Source: Actinomycetes bacterium (GTDB lineage Bacteria > Actinomycetota > Actinomycetes > S36-B12 > UBA5976). From it: a stretch of DNA of 64,000 nt. The position numbers and the translations under genes are program-made. The notes under the pieces are model-generated. The model ran no database searches. It was not told the origin of the DNA and was given only the letters and a program-made list of their open reading frames with translations. The stretch is taken from the NCBI GenBank assembly GCA_037137575.1, contig JBAXKB010000001.1:17876-81875 (forward strand), read 5' to 3'. Of the stretch, positions 19,100-27,825 are shown one piece after another. The first letter of the stretch is position 1. Each line of letters begins with the position of its first letter.

Positions 19100-19791
19100 T
19101 GAGCGGGACAACTATTCGCACTGGTGAGGCAGTTCGTAAACGTCGATCTCGTATGCCTTGGATGTTTTGGCTCTTCGGTATTTTTCTGGTTATCACTTGG
19201 TGGACTTTGTATCAGTCCAAATTATTTCTCGTTGAAGATCTAAAGATTGTGGGGACTCACAGACTTAAAGCTGAGAAAGTAATGCAAATGGCTAATGTGC
19301 ATGTTGGCCAGTCATTGATTTCGGTTGACCCAAAATCAATTTCCAAGACGTTGACTAGGATTCCCCAAATTAAATCTGCTCGGGTTGAACGTGGATGGCC
19401 GCACAGCGTTTTGATTACAGTTACCGAACGCTCACCAGTTGCGGTGGTTAAGTCTGGTGACGGGTTTAATTTAATTGACGATGAGGGAATGCTCGCTGGC
19501 AAAATTGATCACCAGCCCAAGAAGATGCGCTTGATTAGTGCCAAGCCAAATACTGCGGCTATGAAATCTGCAGTACAGATTGCGCTAGCCATCCCAGCCA
19601 AATGGAAAGTGGCCCGTATTTCTGCAGCGAACAGCAACAGTGTGATTGTGGAACTAACGCGTGGACAATCAATTGCTTTCGGATCAGGGGACCAGGCCAA
19701 ACTAAAAATTAAAGTTGTTGGTTCGTTACTTATTAATAAATACCGGCACATCAATGTGAGCTCACCGCTTAATCCAACTGTGCGTCAGTAG
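19099..19791 (+). CDS. ftsQ: Cell division protein FtsQ (POTRA domain)
   Basis: A single TM helix (WMFWLFGIFLVITWWTL) is followed by a POTRA-like segment (VEDLKIVGTHRL...V). Sits between murC and ftsZ, with a TAATG overlap with murC. Confidence 0.8.
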   Translation: MSGTTIRTGEAVRKRRSRMPWMFWLFGIFLVITWWTLYQSKLFLVEDLKIVGTHRLKAEKVMQMANVHVGQSLISVDPKSISKTLTRIPQIKSARVERGWPHSVLITVTERSPVAVVKSGDGFNLIDDEGMLAGKIDHQPKKMRLISAKPNTAAMKSAVQIALAIPAKWKVARISAANSNSVIVELTRGQSIAFGSGDQAKLKIKVVGSLLINKYRHINVSSPLNPTVRQ

Positions 19792-19941
19792 CCGTTTGCC
19801 GCGGTAATTGCCGACACGCCGAGTCAGTCATTACCGAGATTTTCCTAGTTAGCCAATACCTTTTACTTGTTACAGGTTGACATAACTATAACGCTCTTGT
19901 TGAGGTTTACAGTTAGTCCGCAGCACCCAGGAGGCGCAATT

Positions 19942-21186
19942 ATGCCGGCACCACAGAATTATTTAGCAGTTATTAAAGTCGTAGGTATTGGCGGTGGCGG
20001 CGTTAACGCTGTAAACCGCATGATCGAATACGGTTTGAAAGGCGTCGAATTCGTCGCCATCAACACTGATGCCCAGCATCTGTTGATGAGCGATGCTGAC
20101 GTCAAACTCGATATCGGCCGCGACTTAACTCGTGGACTCGGCGCCGGCGCAGATCCTGAAGTTGGTCGCCAAGCTGCCGAAGATCATCGTCAAGACATCG
20201 AAGACGTGCTCAAAGGTTCCGACATGGTCTTTGTCGCTGCTGGTGAAGGCGGCGGAACTGGTACCGGTGGCGCTCCAATTGTTGCCGAGATTGCCCGTAG
20301 TTTGGGCGCACTAACTATCGGCGTTGTAACCCGACCATTTAGTTTTGAAGGCAATACTCGCGCGGAACGTGCCAGTATTGGTATTGAGTCACTTCGTAGC
20401 CAAGTAGATACCCTGATCGTTATTCCAAATGACCGGCTACTTGAGGTTTCCGATAGCACCATCAGCGCAGTCGATGCCTGGCGTCATGCTGACTCTGTTT
20501 TGTTCCAGGGAGTCAGCGGCATCACCGATGTAATTACGACACCGGGTCTAATCAACCTGGACTACGCAGATGTTCGTAGCATCATGAAGGACGCAGGCTC
20601 CGCCCTGATGGGTGTTGGTGAAGCTCGTGGACCATCTCGCGCTATTGAGGCTGCCACTTTGGCAATTGCTAGTCCGCTTCTTGAAGCCAGTATCGAAGGC
20701 GCCCGCGGCGTACTCATTGCAGTATCTGGCGCTAGCGACTTGGGTCTGTTTGAAATTAACGAGGCAGCTCGAATGATTCAAAACGCTGTTCACCCGGATG
20801 CGCAGATTATTTTCGGAACCGCAATTGATGACACTCTTGGCGACATGGTTAAGGTCACCGTTATCGCAGCCGGTTTTGATGGAGGTGAACCACTTTCTTC
20901 TAAAGTGACATCGCCATACGCTCGTAAAGTTCTAGACGAGACACCAATAGCTGCGCAGGCTGCGCACGCTGTAGCAAAAGAAGGACAGACTCCAGTAATT
21001 CCGGTTGCAGCTGACTACAGTTCCGAGCCGGCTGAAGTTTCAGTTCCAGACGTATTCGCACCAGCGGGCGATCACTTTGACGCTATGTTCGGCGAGCAAG
21101 ATGAAGTCGAACAAGCCGATGAAACCGAGCCGGCTGCAGTTGAACCTGAAGAAGATGGCTTAGCTGTTCCTGATTTCTTGCGTTGA
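19942..21186 (+). CDS. ftsZ: Cell division GTPase FtsZ
   Basis: GIGGGGVNAVNRM and the tubulin signature GGGTGTGGAP, with a C-terminal DFLR peptide. AGGAGG (19929-19934) precedes ATG 19942. The track start at 19867 is an upstream TTG. Confidence 0.95.
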   Translation: MPAPQNYLAVIKVVGIGGGGVNAVNRMIEYGLKGVEFVAINTDAQHLLMSDADVKLDIGRDLTRGLGAGADPEVGRQAAEDHRQDIEDVLKGSDMVFVAAGEGGGTGTGGAPIVAEIARSLGALTIGVVTRPFSFEGNTRAERASIGIESLRSQVDTLIVIPNDRLLEVSDSTISAVDAWRHADSVLFQGVSGITDVITTPGLINLDYADVRSIMKDAGSALMGVGEARGPSRAIEAATLAIASPLLEASIEGARGVLIAVSGASDLGLFEINEAARMIQNAVHPDAQIIFGTAIDDTLGDMVKVTVIAAGFDGGEPLSSKVTSPYARKVLDETPIAAQAAHAVAKEGQTPVIPVAADYSSEPAEVSVPDVFAPAGDHFDAMFGEQDEVEQADETEPAAVEPEEDGLAVPDFLR

Positions 21187-21905
21187 GCAAATCACCACTT
21201 TTCGCCGAGCGCAATTTCGGAGAAATTTCGGTCGTTGTAACCAGTCGGTTCGGTGGTTACAGCAACGGAGCATTTAGTTCACTAAATCTGGCCGACCATG
21301 TTGGCGACGATGACAGTGCAGTAACAAAAAATCGTGAATTGCTTAGTCAATTAATCGACGCTGATTGTTTGAAAGTCTTGACTGCAACTCATGGCAGCGA
21401 TGTTTCCTTTGTTGAAACACAAACTAAAGTGATGCCCGGCGATGGATTTGTCACTAAGTCAAAAAATCTTGGTTTAGTTGCCCTAGCCGCCGATTGCGCG
21501 CCATTTGCGCTAGTTGACCCAGTCGCGCAAATAGTGGCGGTTGGACATTGCGGATGGCTTGGTCTTGCCGCCGAACTGCCAAAATCCTTAGCCACTGCAT
21601 TTTTGAGTCAAGGCGCGGTTCCGAGTCGCTCAGTTGCCATTTTGGGTCCAACAATATGTGGAAAATGTTATGAAGTAACCGCTGATCGGGTCAGTCTGGT
21701 CGGTGCCAAATGTCCAGAGGCGATCGTGGATAGTCGCCATCTCGATATCGCTGCCGGAGTTAAAGAACAACTCGGCAAGTTTGGTTTTGCAGTAGAACAA
21801 CTAGCATCCTGTACGGCAGAAAACGAAGATCTTTATTCCTATCGCCGTGATGGAATAACTGGTCGGCATGCACTTGCTGTTGTGATTCATCAGCGTGAGA
21901 ATTAA
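21183..21905 (+). CDS. pgeF: Peptidoglycan editing factor PgeF (YfiH/DUF152, laccase-domain protein)
   Basis: His/Cys motifs ATHGSDV, VGHCGWLG and ICGKCYEV. Conserved position after ftsZ. TTGA overlap with ftsZ. Confidence 0.8.
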   Translation: MSKSPLFAERNFGEISVVVTSRFGGYSNGAFSSLNLADHVGDDDSAVTKNRELLSQLIDADCLKVLTATHGSDVSFVETQTKVMPGDGFVTKSKNLGLVALAADCAPFALVDPVAQIVAVGHCGWLGLAAELPKSLATAFLSQGAVPSRSVAILGPTICGKCYEVTADRVSLVGAKCPEAIVDSRHLDIAAGVKEQLGKFGFAVEQLASCTAENEDLYSYRRDGITGRHALAVVIHQREN

Positions 21906-21907
21906 GT

Positions 21908-22597
21908 GTGATGTCCCGTCTTGATGAGTTGTCCCTGAACTGGACCCAAACTACCGCGCAAGTTGAATCTGCTTGCCTAGCGGCTAACCGCAATTTTTCT
22001 GAGGTCACGATAATTGCGGTAACTAAAACTTGGCCGGCCGCGGATGTTGATCTTTTGGCACATCTGGGGGTAACCAATGTGGGGGAGAATCGCGACCAAG
22101 AAGCGGCCGCAAAGAAACTAGAAGTTCAAGCATCAAATTTGACTTGGCATGCAATTGGGCAGGTCCAGACAAATAAAGCGAAGAGTATTGTGCAATGGGC
22201 CGATGCAGTACACAGTGTGGACCGCATAGAGCTAGTGCATGCGTTAGCCAAAGTTATGCCCACGCGCAATCGCCCGCTTGATGTGTTTATTCAAATTAAT
22301 CTCGATCCAGATGTGCGCCAAGAGCGCGGCGGACTTCGTGATGGCGATGTACTCGAACTTGCCGAACAAATCTGCGCGATACCCGGTCTGAATCTGATGG
22401 GCGTGATGGGGGTTGCGCCAGTTAACGAGGACGCTGCCCAAGCATTTGCCGCACTTGAACGCAGTTCACTTCAGCTGCGCCAACATATGCCGGCTGCGCA
22501 ATATATTTCGGCTGGAATGAGCGCAGACTACGAAATTGCCCTCAAATATGGCGCGACACACCTACGGTTAGGTTCGGTAATACTCGGACATCGCTGA
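21908..22597 (+). CDS. yggS: YggS/YlmE-family pyridoxal-phosphate homeostasis protein
   Basis: IIAVTKTWP (PLP lysine), GENRDQE and HLRLGSVILG motifs. Conserved position. Confidence 0.85.
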   Translation: MMSRLDELSLNWTQTTAQVESACLAANRNFSEVTIIAVTKTWPAADVDLLAHLGVTNVGENRDQEAAAKKLEVQASNLTWHAIGQVQTNKAKSIVQWADAVHSVDRIELVHALAKVMPTRNRPLDVFIQINLDPDVRQERGGLRDGDVLELAEQICAIPGLNLMGVMGVAPVNEDAAQAFAALERSSLQLRQHMPAAQYISAGMSADYEIALKYGATHLRLGSVILGHR

Positions 22598-22649
22598 TTT
22601 TGCAGGTAACTTCGTAGGGAAGAAGTTTCCCCGATAGGAGTTGGCAATT

Positions 22650-23105
22650 ATGGCAAGTGCATTGCGCAAGGTTGCAGAATATTTAGGTCTAGTAGATGGC
22701 GATGGCTTCGGTGACGAGCCAACTTACTATGCGCAAGAGGCGCAAGAAGCAGTTGAACAGCCAAATCTGCAGGTAGTGACCCCAGAGAATGCTCATCAGG
22801 TTGCCAAGTCAGCACCTGCAATTGATCCGTACCGCATTGTTAGCATTCAGCCAACAACATTTAATGATGCTCGTCGCATCGGCGAAGAATTCCGTTCTGG
22901 TTCACCAGTTATCTTGAACTTGAGCGAACTTGAATATGCAGACCAGGTGCGAGTTGTAGATTTCTCGGCTGGCCTCGTGCATGGACTTGAGGGCACCTTA
23001 GAAAAGGTAGCTAAAGAAGTGTTCTTGCTCTCACCGGCCAACATTGATGTCTCTTTGGCTGCTCGCGCCCAACTGCGTGATGAGCCATTTTTCAACCAAC
23101 GCTAA
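22650..23105 (+). CDS. sepF: Cell division protein SepF
   Basis: N-terminal amphipathic MASALRKVAEYLGLV, then a C-terminal DUF552 core (IVSIQPTTFNDARRIGEEFRSGSPVILNL). AGGAG lies 9 nt upstream of ATG 22650. Confidence 0.88.
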   Translation: MASALRKVAEYLGLVDGDGFGDEPTYYAQEAQEAVEQPNLQVVTPENAHQVAKSAPAIDPYRIVSIQPTTFNDARRIGEEFRSGSPVILNLSELEYADQVRVVDFSAGLVHGLEGTLEKVAKEVFLLSPANIDVSLAARAQLRDEPFFNQR

Positions 23106-23117
23106 GGATTTCCGGCT

Positions 23118-23402
23118 TTGTCGCTAGTCAGCCAATGGCTGTCTTTTGCCCTTGAAATTTATTGGTACATTTTGGTCGCAAGACTAATTTTCGAATGGAT
23201 TCCAGCATTTTCGCCAACTTGGCGTCCCCGAGGCGTTTTGCTTTTACTAGCTGAAGTCCTTTACACCCTCACTGATCCACCGGTTCGTCTAGTGCGCAAA
23301 GTGATACCACCTGTGCGAATTGGTGAGGTCAGTTTAGATTTAAGTTTCTTGGTTCTGCTGTTTGCCATAAACATCGCACAGCGGATACTGCTTAACTTTT
23401 GA
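23118..23402 (+). CDS. yggT: YggT/YlmG-family membrane protein
   Basis: 94-aa two-TM protein with the typical ILVARLIFEWIP segment. Conserved position between sepF and divIVA. Confidence 0.8.
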   Translation: MSLVSQWLSFALEIYWYILVARLIFEWIPAFSPTWRPRGVLLLLAEVLYTLTDPPVRLVRKVIPPVRIGEVSLDLSFLVLLFAINIAQRILLNF

Positions 23403-23556
23403 TCCGCAGCCGGTGCCAGCCAGTCACCAGAGCGCACGATTTTAGCCAGCAGCGAAATTGTTTAGTTGCACATTCTGGCTAGTTTTCCCTACGCTAGGGT
23501 TCAGCAGTTTGGTAGAGTGTCTGCCCTGACGCAGTACTACATGAAAGGGTCCGACC

Positions 23557-24402
23557 ATGGCGCTAACGCCCGAAGAAATTCACAACAAAACATTTAATGA
23601 GACCACATTTAAAAAAGGTTACGACCAGATTGAGGTAGATGATTTTCTTGATTCAATCGAAATCACTGTCTCCGCTTTGGTTAAGGAAGTCGACGATTTG
23701 CGTTCCGCAACTCGTGGCGAAATTCCAGCATCGGTAACGGCCAAACTAGATGAACTAACTGCTGACAACGAAAACCTTTCTTCAGCACTTGCGCAGGCGC
23801 AAACTGAAGCTGAAACCTTACGCAACCAGAATTCTGAACTTGCCTCAGCAAGCTCACAAGGTGATTCAGCAGTTGCAGATCAACTAAGCGCACAGCTACA
23901 CGCCGTTACGCAAGAGTTATCTGTTGCTCAACAAACACTTTCTGCGTTAGAAAACGAAAAGGCTGCGCTAGAGAACGACAAGGCTGCGCTAGTTGCGCAG
24001 GTTGATCAGCTCAGTGCACACAATGAAGAATTGTCGCAGGGGGCAGTAGTTGCACCAATCTCTGCATCTGATGCAAGTGTTTCTGCAGTACGCATGCTTG
24101 AACTTGCGCAGCGCACTGCAGATGAAACTGTTGCATCAGCGCGCATCGAAGGCGAACAGTTCCTTACTGAAGCGTCATCACAGGCTGAACGCATCATGAG
24201 TGAGACCACAAGCAATGTGGCAAACATCACTCGTGAGTTTGAAGGTCAGAAAGCTGGTCTTGAGCGCAAGATTGAAGAGTTGCGCGCCTACGAGCGTGAG
24301 TACCGTGGACGTCTGCGCAGTTACCTAGAGGGTCAGTTACGTGAACTTGAGGCCAAAAAGCTTGATGTTGAACTCGAATCTGGTCCAGCAGACGACGAAT
24401 AA
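23557..24402 (+). CDS. divIVA: Polar growth/division scaffold DivIVA (Wag31-like)
   Basis: MALTPEEIHNKTFNETTFKKGYDQIEVDDFLD is the canonical DivIVA N-terminal domain. A long coiled coil follows. Confidence 0.92.
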   Translation: MALTPEEIHNKTFNETTFKKGYDQIEVDDFLDSIEITVSALVKEVDDLRSATRGEIPASVTAKLDELTADNENLSSALAQAQTEAETLRNQNSELASASSQGDSAVADQLSAQLHAVTQELSVAQQTLSALENEKAALENDKAALVAQVDQLSAHNEELSQGAVVAPISASDASVSAVRMLELAQRTADETVASARIEGEQFLTEASSQAERIMSETTSNVANITREFEGQKAGLERKIEELRAYEREYRGRLRSYLEGQLRELEAKKLDVELESGPADDE

Positions 24403-24417
24403 CCGAAAATCGATTTC

Positions 24418-27400
24418 TTAGGCTTTCGCTAACAGAATCGAAACACCTAGTTCTTCATCGCGCAGGGTGGCACCATTGGTGTCGCCCTGTTGCCATGTGG
24501 TGGCCAATACTTCTGCGGCAATTCGCTCGCCGTAAGTCGCAAGTGCGACTAGGGCATTAGCCTCGCTAGCACTCCAAGTAACAACAATTCGATCTGTTAT
24601 GTCGAAGCCTGAAGTTTTACGGGCATCTTGAATCATTCGGGTGATGTCGCGGGCAATACCTTGTGCAAGTAAATCGTCATTCAGTGCTAAGTCAAGTGCA
24701 AGTGACTCACCATCAGCGGATGCGACGGTCCAACCTTCACGTGGGACTTCAGTGATAACCACATCATCCAAGGAAATGTCATGTGTTGTTCCAGCAACTA
24801 CAACTACTGCTGTGTTCTGGCGCAGCGCCGCGACAAACTCTGCTGCATTCTGCGCGGCAATAGCTGCTGCGATTACTGGCGTATCTTTTGCAAACCGGGC
24901 GCCTAGTGATTTGAAATTTGCTTTAACCGATACATCGACAAGTTCGCTTGATTCACCGAGCTCTTCTAGGGCAAGTACATTGACTTCGTCGCGAATTTGC
25001 TCTTGCAAACTTTCTGGAATTTGCGACCAGCCAGCAGCAGCAACTAGAGCGCGTTGCAGAGGCTGGCGAGTTTTAACACCAGATGTCGCTCGGGCAGCGC
25101 GGCCAAGTTCAACAATGCGACGCGTTAAAGCAACTTGTTCATTCAATGTGTCGTCGATGGTGGCGCTTTGCCAATCTGGCCAACTGCTTAAGTGCACAGA
25201 TTCAGTATCAGGTGTTACGAATAGATCTTGCCACACTCGCTCGGTAATAAACGGGGTGAATGGAGCCATAACCTGCGTGACAATCTTTAGGCACTGATGA
25301 AGTGTGCTTAGGGCAACAGCGTCGCCATCCCAGAATCGACGACGGGAACGGCGCACATACCAATTGGATAGATCGTCTACGTATTCAGCAATTAGGCGCC
25401 CGGCTCGTTGGGTGTCGAATTGCGTAAGCGCATCATCGACTTCGCGCGCTAGGCGGTTTGCCTCGCTAAGCGCCCAGCGGTCTAGATCTGTTGGGTTCTC
25501 TAGAGTCAGAACCGAACCATCCCATTGGCTACTGCGCGCATACAGGCTCTGGAAGGCCACTGTGTTCCAGTAGGTAAGAAGTGTCTTGCGAACTACCTCT
25601 GCGATGGTTGTGTGTCCCACGCGCCGTGCCTGCCACGGGGAACCGCTAACAGCCATGAACCAGCGAAGTGCATCGGCGCCATGCTCATCCATAAGCGGAA
25701 TTGGCTCGAGCACATTGCCTAGGTGCTTACTCATTTTGCGGCCATCTTCATCAAGAATATGGCCAAGGCAAAGAACATTTTTATATGCTGACTCGTCAAA
25801 CACCAGAGTTCCAATAGCCATCAATGTGTAAAACCAGCCACGGGTTTGATCGATAGCTTCACAGATAAAGTCAGCGGGGTAGCCAGCCTCAAATTTATCC
25901 ACATTTGCTTGTGGGTAGCCGTATTGCGCAAATGGCATAGCGCCAGAATCAAACCAGCAGTCGATGACTTCCGGAACTCGGCTAGCAGTTTCGCCACAAG
26001 TTGGGCAAGGGAAAGTTACATCATCTACGAACGGACGATGTGGATCCATCTCTAACGCAGCATCACCGGCATGTTGCGCTAGTTCGGCGCGACCACCAAC
26101 GCAAGTTAAGTGGCCCTCATCGCAGCGCCAAATCGGTAGCGGAGTTCCCCAATACCGGTTACGCGAAAGTGCCCAGTCCACATTGTTATTGAGCCAGTCG
26201 CCAAAGCGACCATTCTTGATCGTGTCTGGGAACCAGTTGGTTTTTTCATTCTGGGCGATTAACTGATCTTTAATCGCTGTTGTGCGGATATACCAAGATG
26301 GTTGCGCGTAATAAATCAAAGCGGTGTGACAGCGCCAGCAATGTGGGTATGAGTGTTCGTAAGGCAAGTGCTTGAACAAGATGCCTTCTTGTTGCAAGAT
26401 TTCAACCAGCTTGATGTCGGCAGTCTTAAAGAAAACGCCGCCAACATGTGGAATCTCTGCAACAAACTCGCCATTGGGCGCCACTGGATTTACCACAGGC
26501 AGGCCATAAGCACGACAGGTAGCTAAATCCTCTGCGCCGAATGCCGGTGACTGATGCACGATGCCAGTGCCATCTTCAGTAGTTACATACTCGGCCAGCA
26601 GAACTGTATGAATCGGCGCATCGGTTTCTGGGAATTCAACCCAATTGAATGGTCTTTGGTATGGCGTACCTTCAAGATCTTGGCCGGTTACTGTAGCCAG
26701 CACGGTTGAGTCTTCGCCAAGTACAGATTCGCGAAGCGTTTTTGCGATTACAAAGATTTCGCCCGCTTCGCTTTTAGCAATGTCATATTCAACTTTTGGA
26801 TTTACTGCTGCCGCGGTATTTGAAACCAAAGTCCAAGGAGTGGTTGTCCAAATCAGTAATGCAATTCCCGGGAATTGGTCGGCAAGTTTTCCGCTGGTGA
26901 TTGGCAACTTAACAAATACCGAAGCGTCAACAACATCCTCGTAGCCTTGAGCTAATTCGTGATCAGATAATCCAGTTCCGCATCGCGGGCAATATGGTGA
27001 AACGCGATGATCTTGAACCAAAAGTCCCTTGTCGAAGATTTTCTTAAGACTCCACCAAACGCTGTCAACGTAACTCGCGTCCATAGTCCAGTAGGCCTGA
27101 TCCATATCGACCCAATAGCCCATTCGTTCGGTCATTGCGGCAAATTCGTCTACGTTTCGAACAACTGACTCGCGACAACGCGCATTAAATTGCGCAATTC
27201 CATATTTTTCAATGTCCTGTTTTCCAACAAAACCGAGTTCTTTTTCAACGGCAAGTTCAACAGGTAACCCGTGGCAATCCCAGCCAGCTTTGCGCGGAAC
27301 GTGATAGCCCTTCATCGTGCGAAAACGTGGGAATACATCCTTGAATACTCGAGCTTCCACATGGTGAGTACCAGGTTTACCGTTTGCTGTTGGCGGGCCT

Positions 27401-27537
27401 TCATAGAAAACCCATGTTGGACCATCGATACTTTTCGAGAGTGATTTTTCAAAGATTGCAGCCTGCTGCCAAAATCCTAAAATCTCACGTTCCATCAAAG
27501 GTAGATCGATTTTGGCTGGGACATCGCGATATGTCAT
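24418..27537 (-). CDS. ileS: Isoleucine--tRNA ligase (type 2, actinobacterial/eukaryote-like)
   Basis: 1039 aa with a HIGH-region variant (PTANGKPGTHHVEAR), KMSKHLGN, and a CP1 editing-domain-sized insertion. Confidence 0.95.
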   Translation of the reverse strand: MTYRDVPAKIDLPLMEREILGFWQQAAIFEKSLSKSIDGPTWVFYEGPPTANGKPGTHHVEARVFKDVFPRFRTMKGYHVPRKAGWDCHGLPVELAVEKELGFVGKQDIEKYGIAQFNARCRESVVRNVDEFAAMTERMGYWVDMDQAYWTMDASYVDSVWWSLKKIFDKGLLVQDHRVSPYCPRCGTGLSDHELAQGYEDVVDASVFVKLPITSGKLADQFPGIALLIWTTTPWTLVSNTAAAVNPKVEYDIAKSEAGEIFVIAKTLRESVLGEDSTVLATVTGQDLEGTPYQRPFNWVEFPETDAPIHTVLLAEYVTTEDGTGIVHQSPAFGAEDLATCRAYGLPVVNPVAPNGEFVAEIPHVGGVFFKTADIKLVEILQQEGILFKHLPYEHSYPHCWRCHTALIYYAQPSWYIRTTAIKDQLIAQNEKTNWFPDTIKNGRFGDWLNNNVDWALSRNRYWGTPLPIWRCDEGHLTCVGGRAELAQHAGDAALEMDPHRPFVDDVTFPCPTCGETASRVPEVIDCWFDSGAMPFAQYGYPQANVDKFEAGYPADFICEAIDQTRGWFYTLMAIGTLVFDESAYKNVLCLGHILDEDGRKMSKHLGNVLEPIPLMDEHGADALRWFMAVSGSPWQARRVGHTTIAEVVRKTLLTYWNTVAFQSLYARSSQWDGSVLTLENPTDLDRWALSEANRLAREVDDALTQFDTQRAGRLIAEYVDDLSNWYVRRSRRRFWDGDAVALSTLHQCLKIVTQVMAPFTPFITERVWQDLFVTPDTESVHLSSWPDWQSATIDDTLNEQVALTRRIVELGRAARATSGVKTRQPLQRALVAAAGWSQIPESLQEQIRDEVNVLALEELGESSELVDVSVKANFKSLGARFAKDTPVIAAAIAAQNAAEFVAALRQNTAVVVVAGTTHDISLDDVVITEVPREGWTVASADGESLALDLALNDDLLAQGIARDITRMIQDARKTSGFDITDRIVVTWSASEANALVALATYGERIAAEVLATTWQQGDTNGATLRDEELGVSILLAKA

Positions 27538-27669
27538 TTTTGGGCCGGCTCCAGGTCTAGGTTTAGATGATTTTGTAGTTAGTTACCTAACTTGCCTAGT
27601 TAGCAAGATTACTGAACAATCAACCTACTTTGCCAATGTGGGTAAGCCAATGCAGAGATGTCACAGCCA

Positions 27670-27697
27670 CTAGTACATTTGTTGTGCGCACGGTCAA
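27670..27697 (-). promoter_or_regulatory. Candidate ileS promoter
   Basis: On the minus strand: TTGACC (complement of 27692-27697), 16-nt spacer, TACTAG (complement of 27670-27675). This would give a leader of roughly 125 nt. Confidence 0.3.
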
Positions 27698-27825
27698 ATC
27701 TAGGAATTTGATGCCTATTAGGTACGAAAGTTGATATTTTGACCAAAATTGGGCTAACGTGCCGCAAAGAGTTTCGTAATTATCGGTAGAGTCAAGCACT
27801 TAGACGTAATTAAAGGACAAGGATT

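Noticed and set aside
24403-24417. GAAAATCGATTTC near-palindrome between the convergent divIVA and ileS genes as a bidirectional terminator
   Set aside because: It gives only a 4-bp A/T-rich stem (GAAA/TTTC) with a 5-nt loop. That is far too weak to call a terminator.
24641-25297. Antisense ORFs inside large genes (for example 24641..25297 in ileS, 33882..34394 in hisD, 43385..44302 in the kinase, 59682..60314 in pyrC, 31331..31847 and 32696..33172 in dnaE)
   Set aside because: Their translations are Ser/Arg/Ala-rich with no motifs and sit opposite strongly supported conserved genes. This is typical frame-shadow ORFs.
27538-27825. Expected ileS T-box riboswitch
   Set aside because: Reading the minus strand, I found no GGUGGUACCGCG-like T-box sequence, no anti-SD segment and no clear specifier loop. 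It is therefore not annotated as a feature. Its absence is reported as a finding that needs a covariance-model check.
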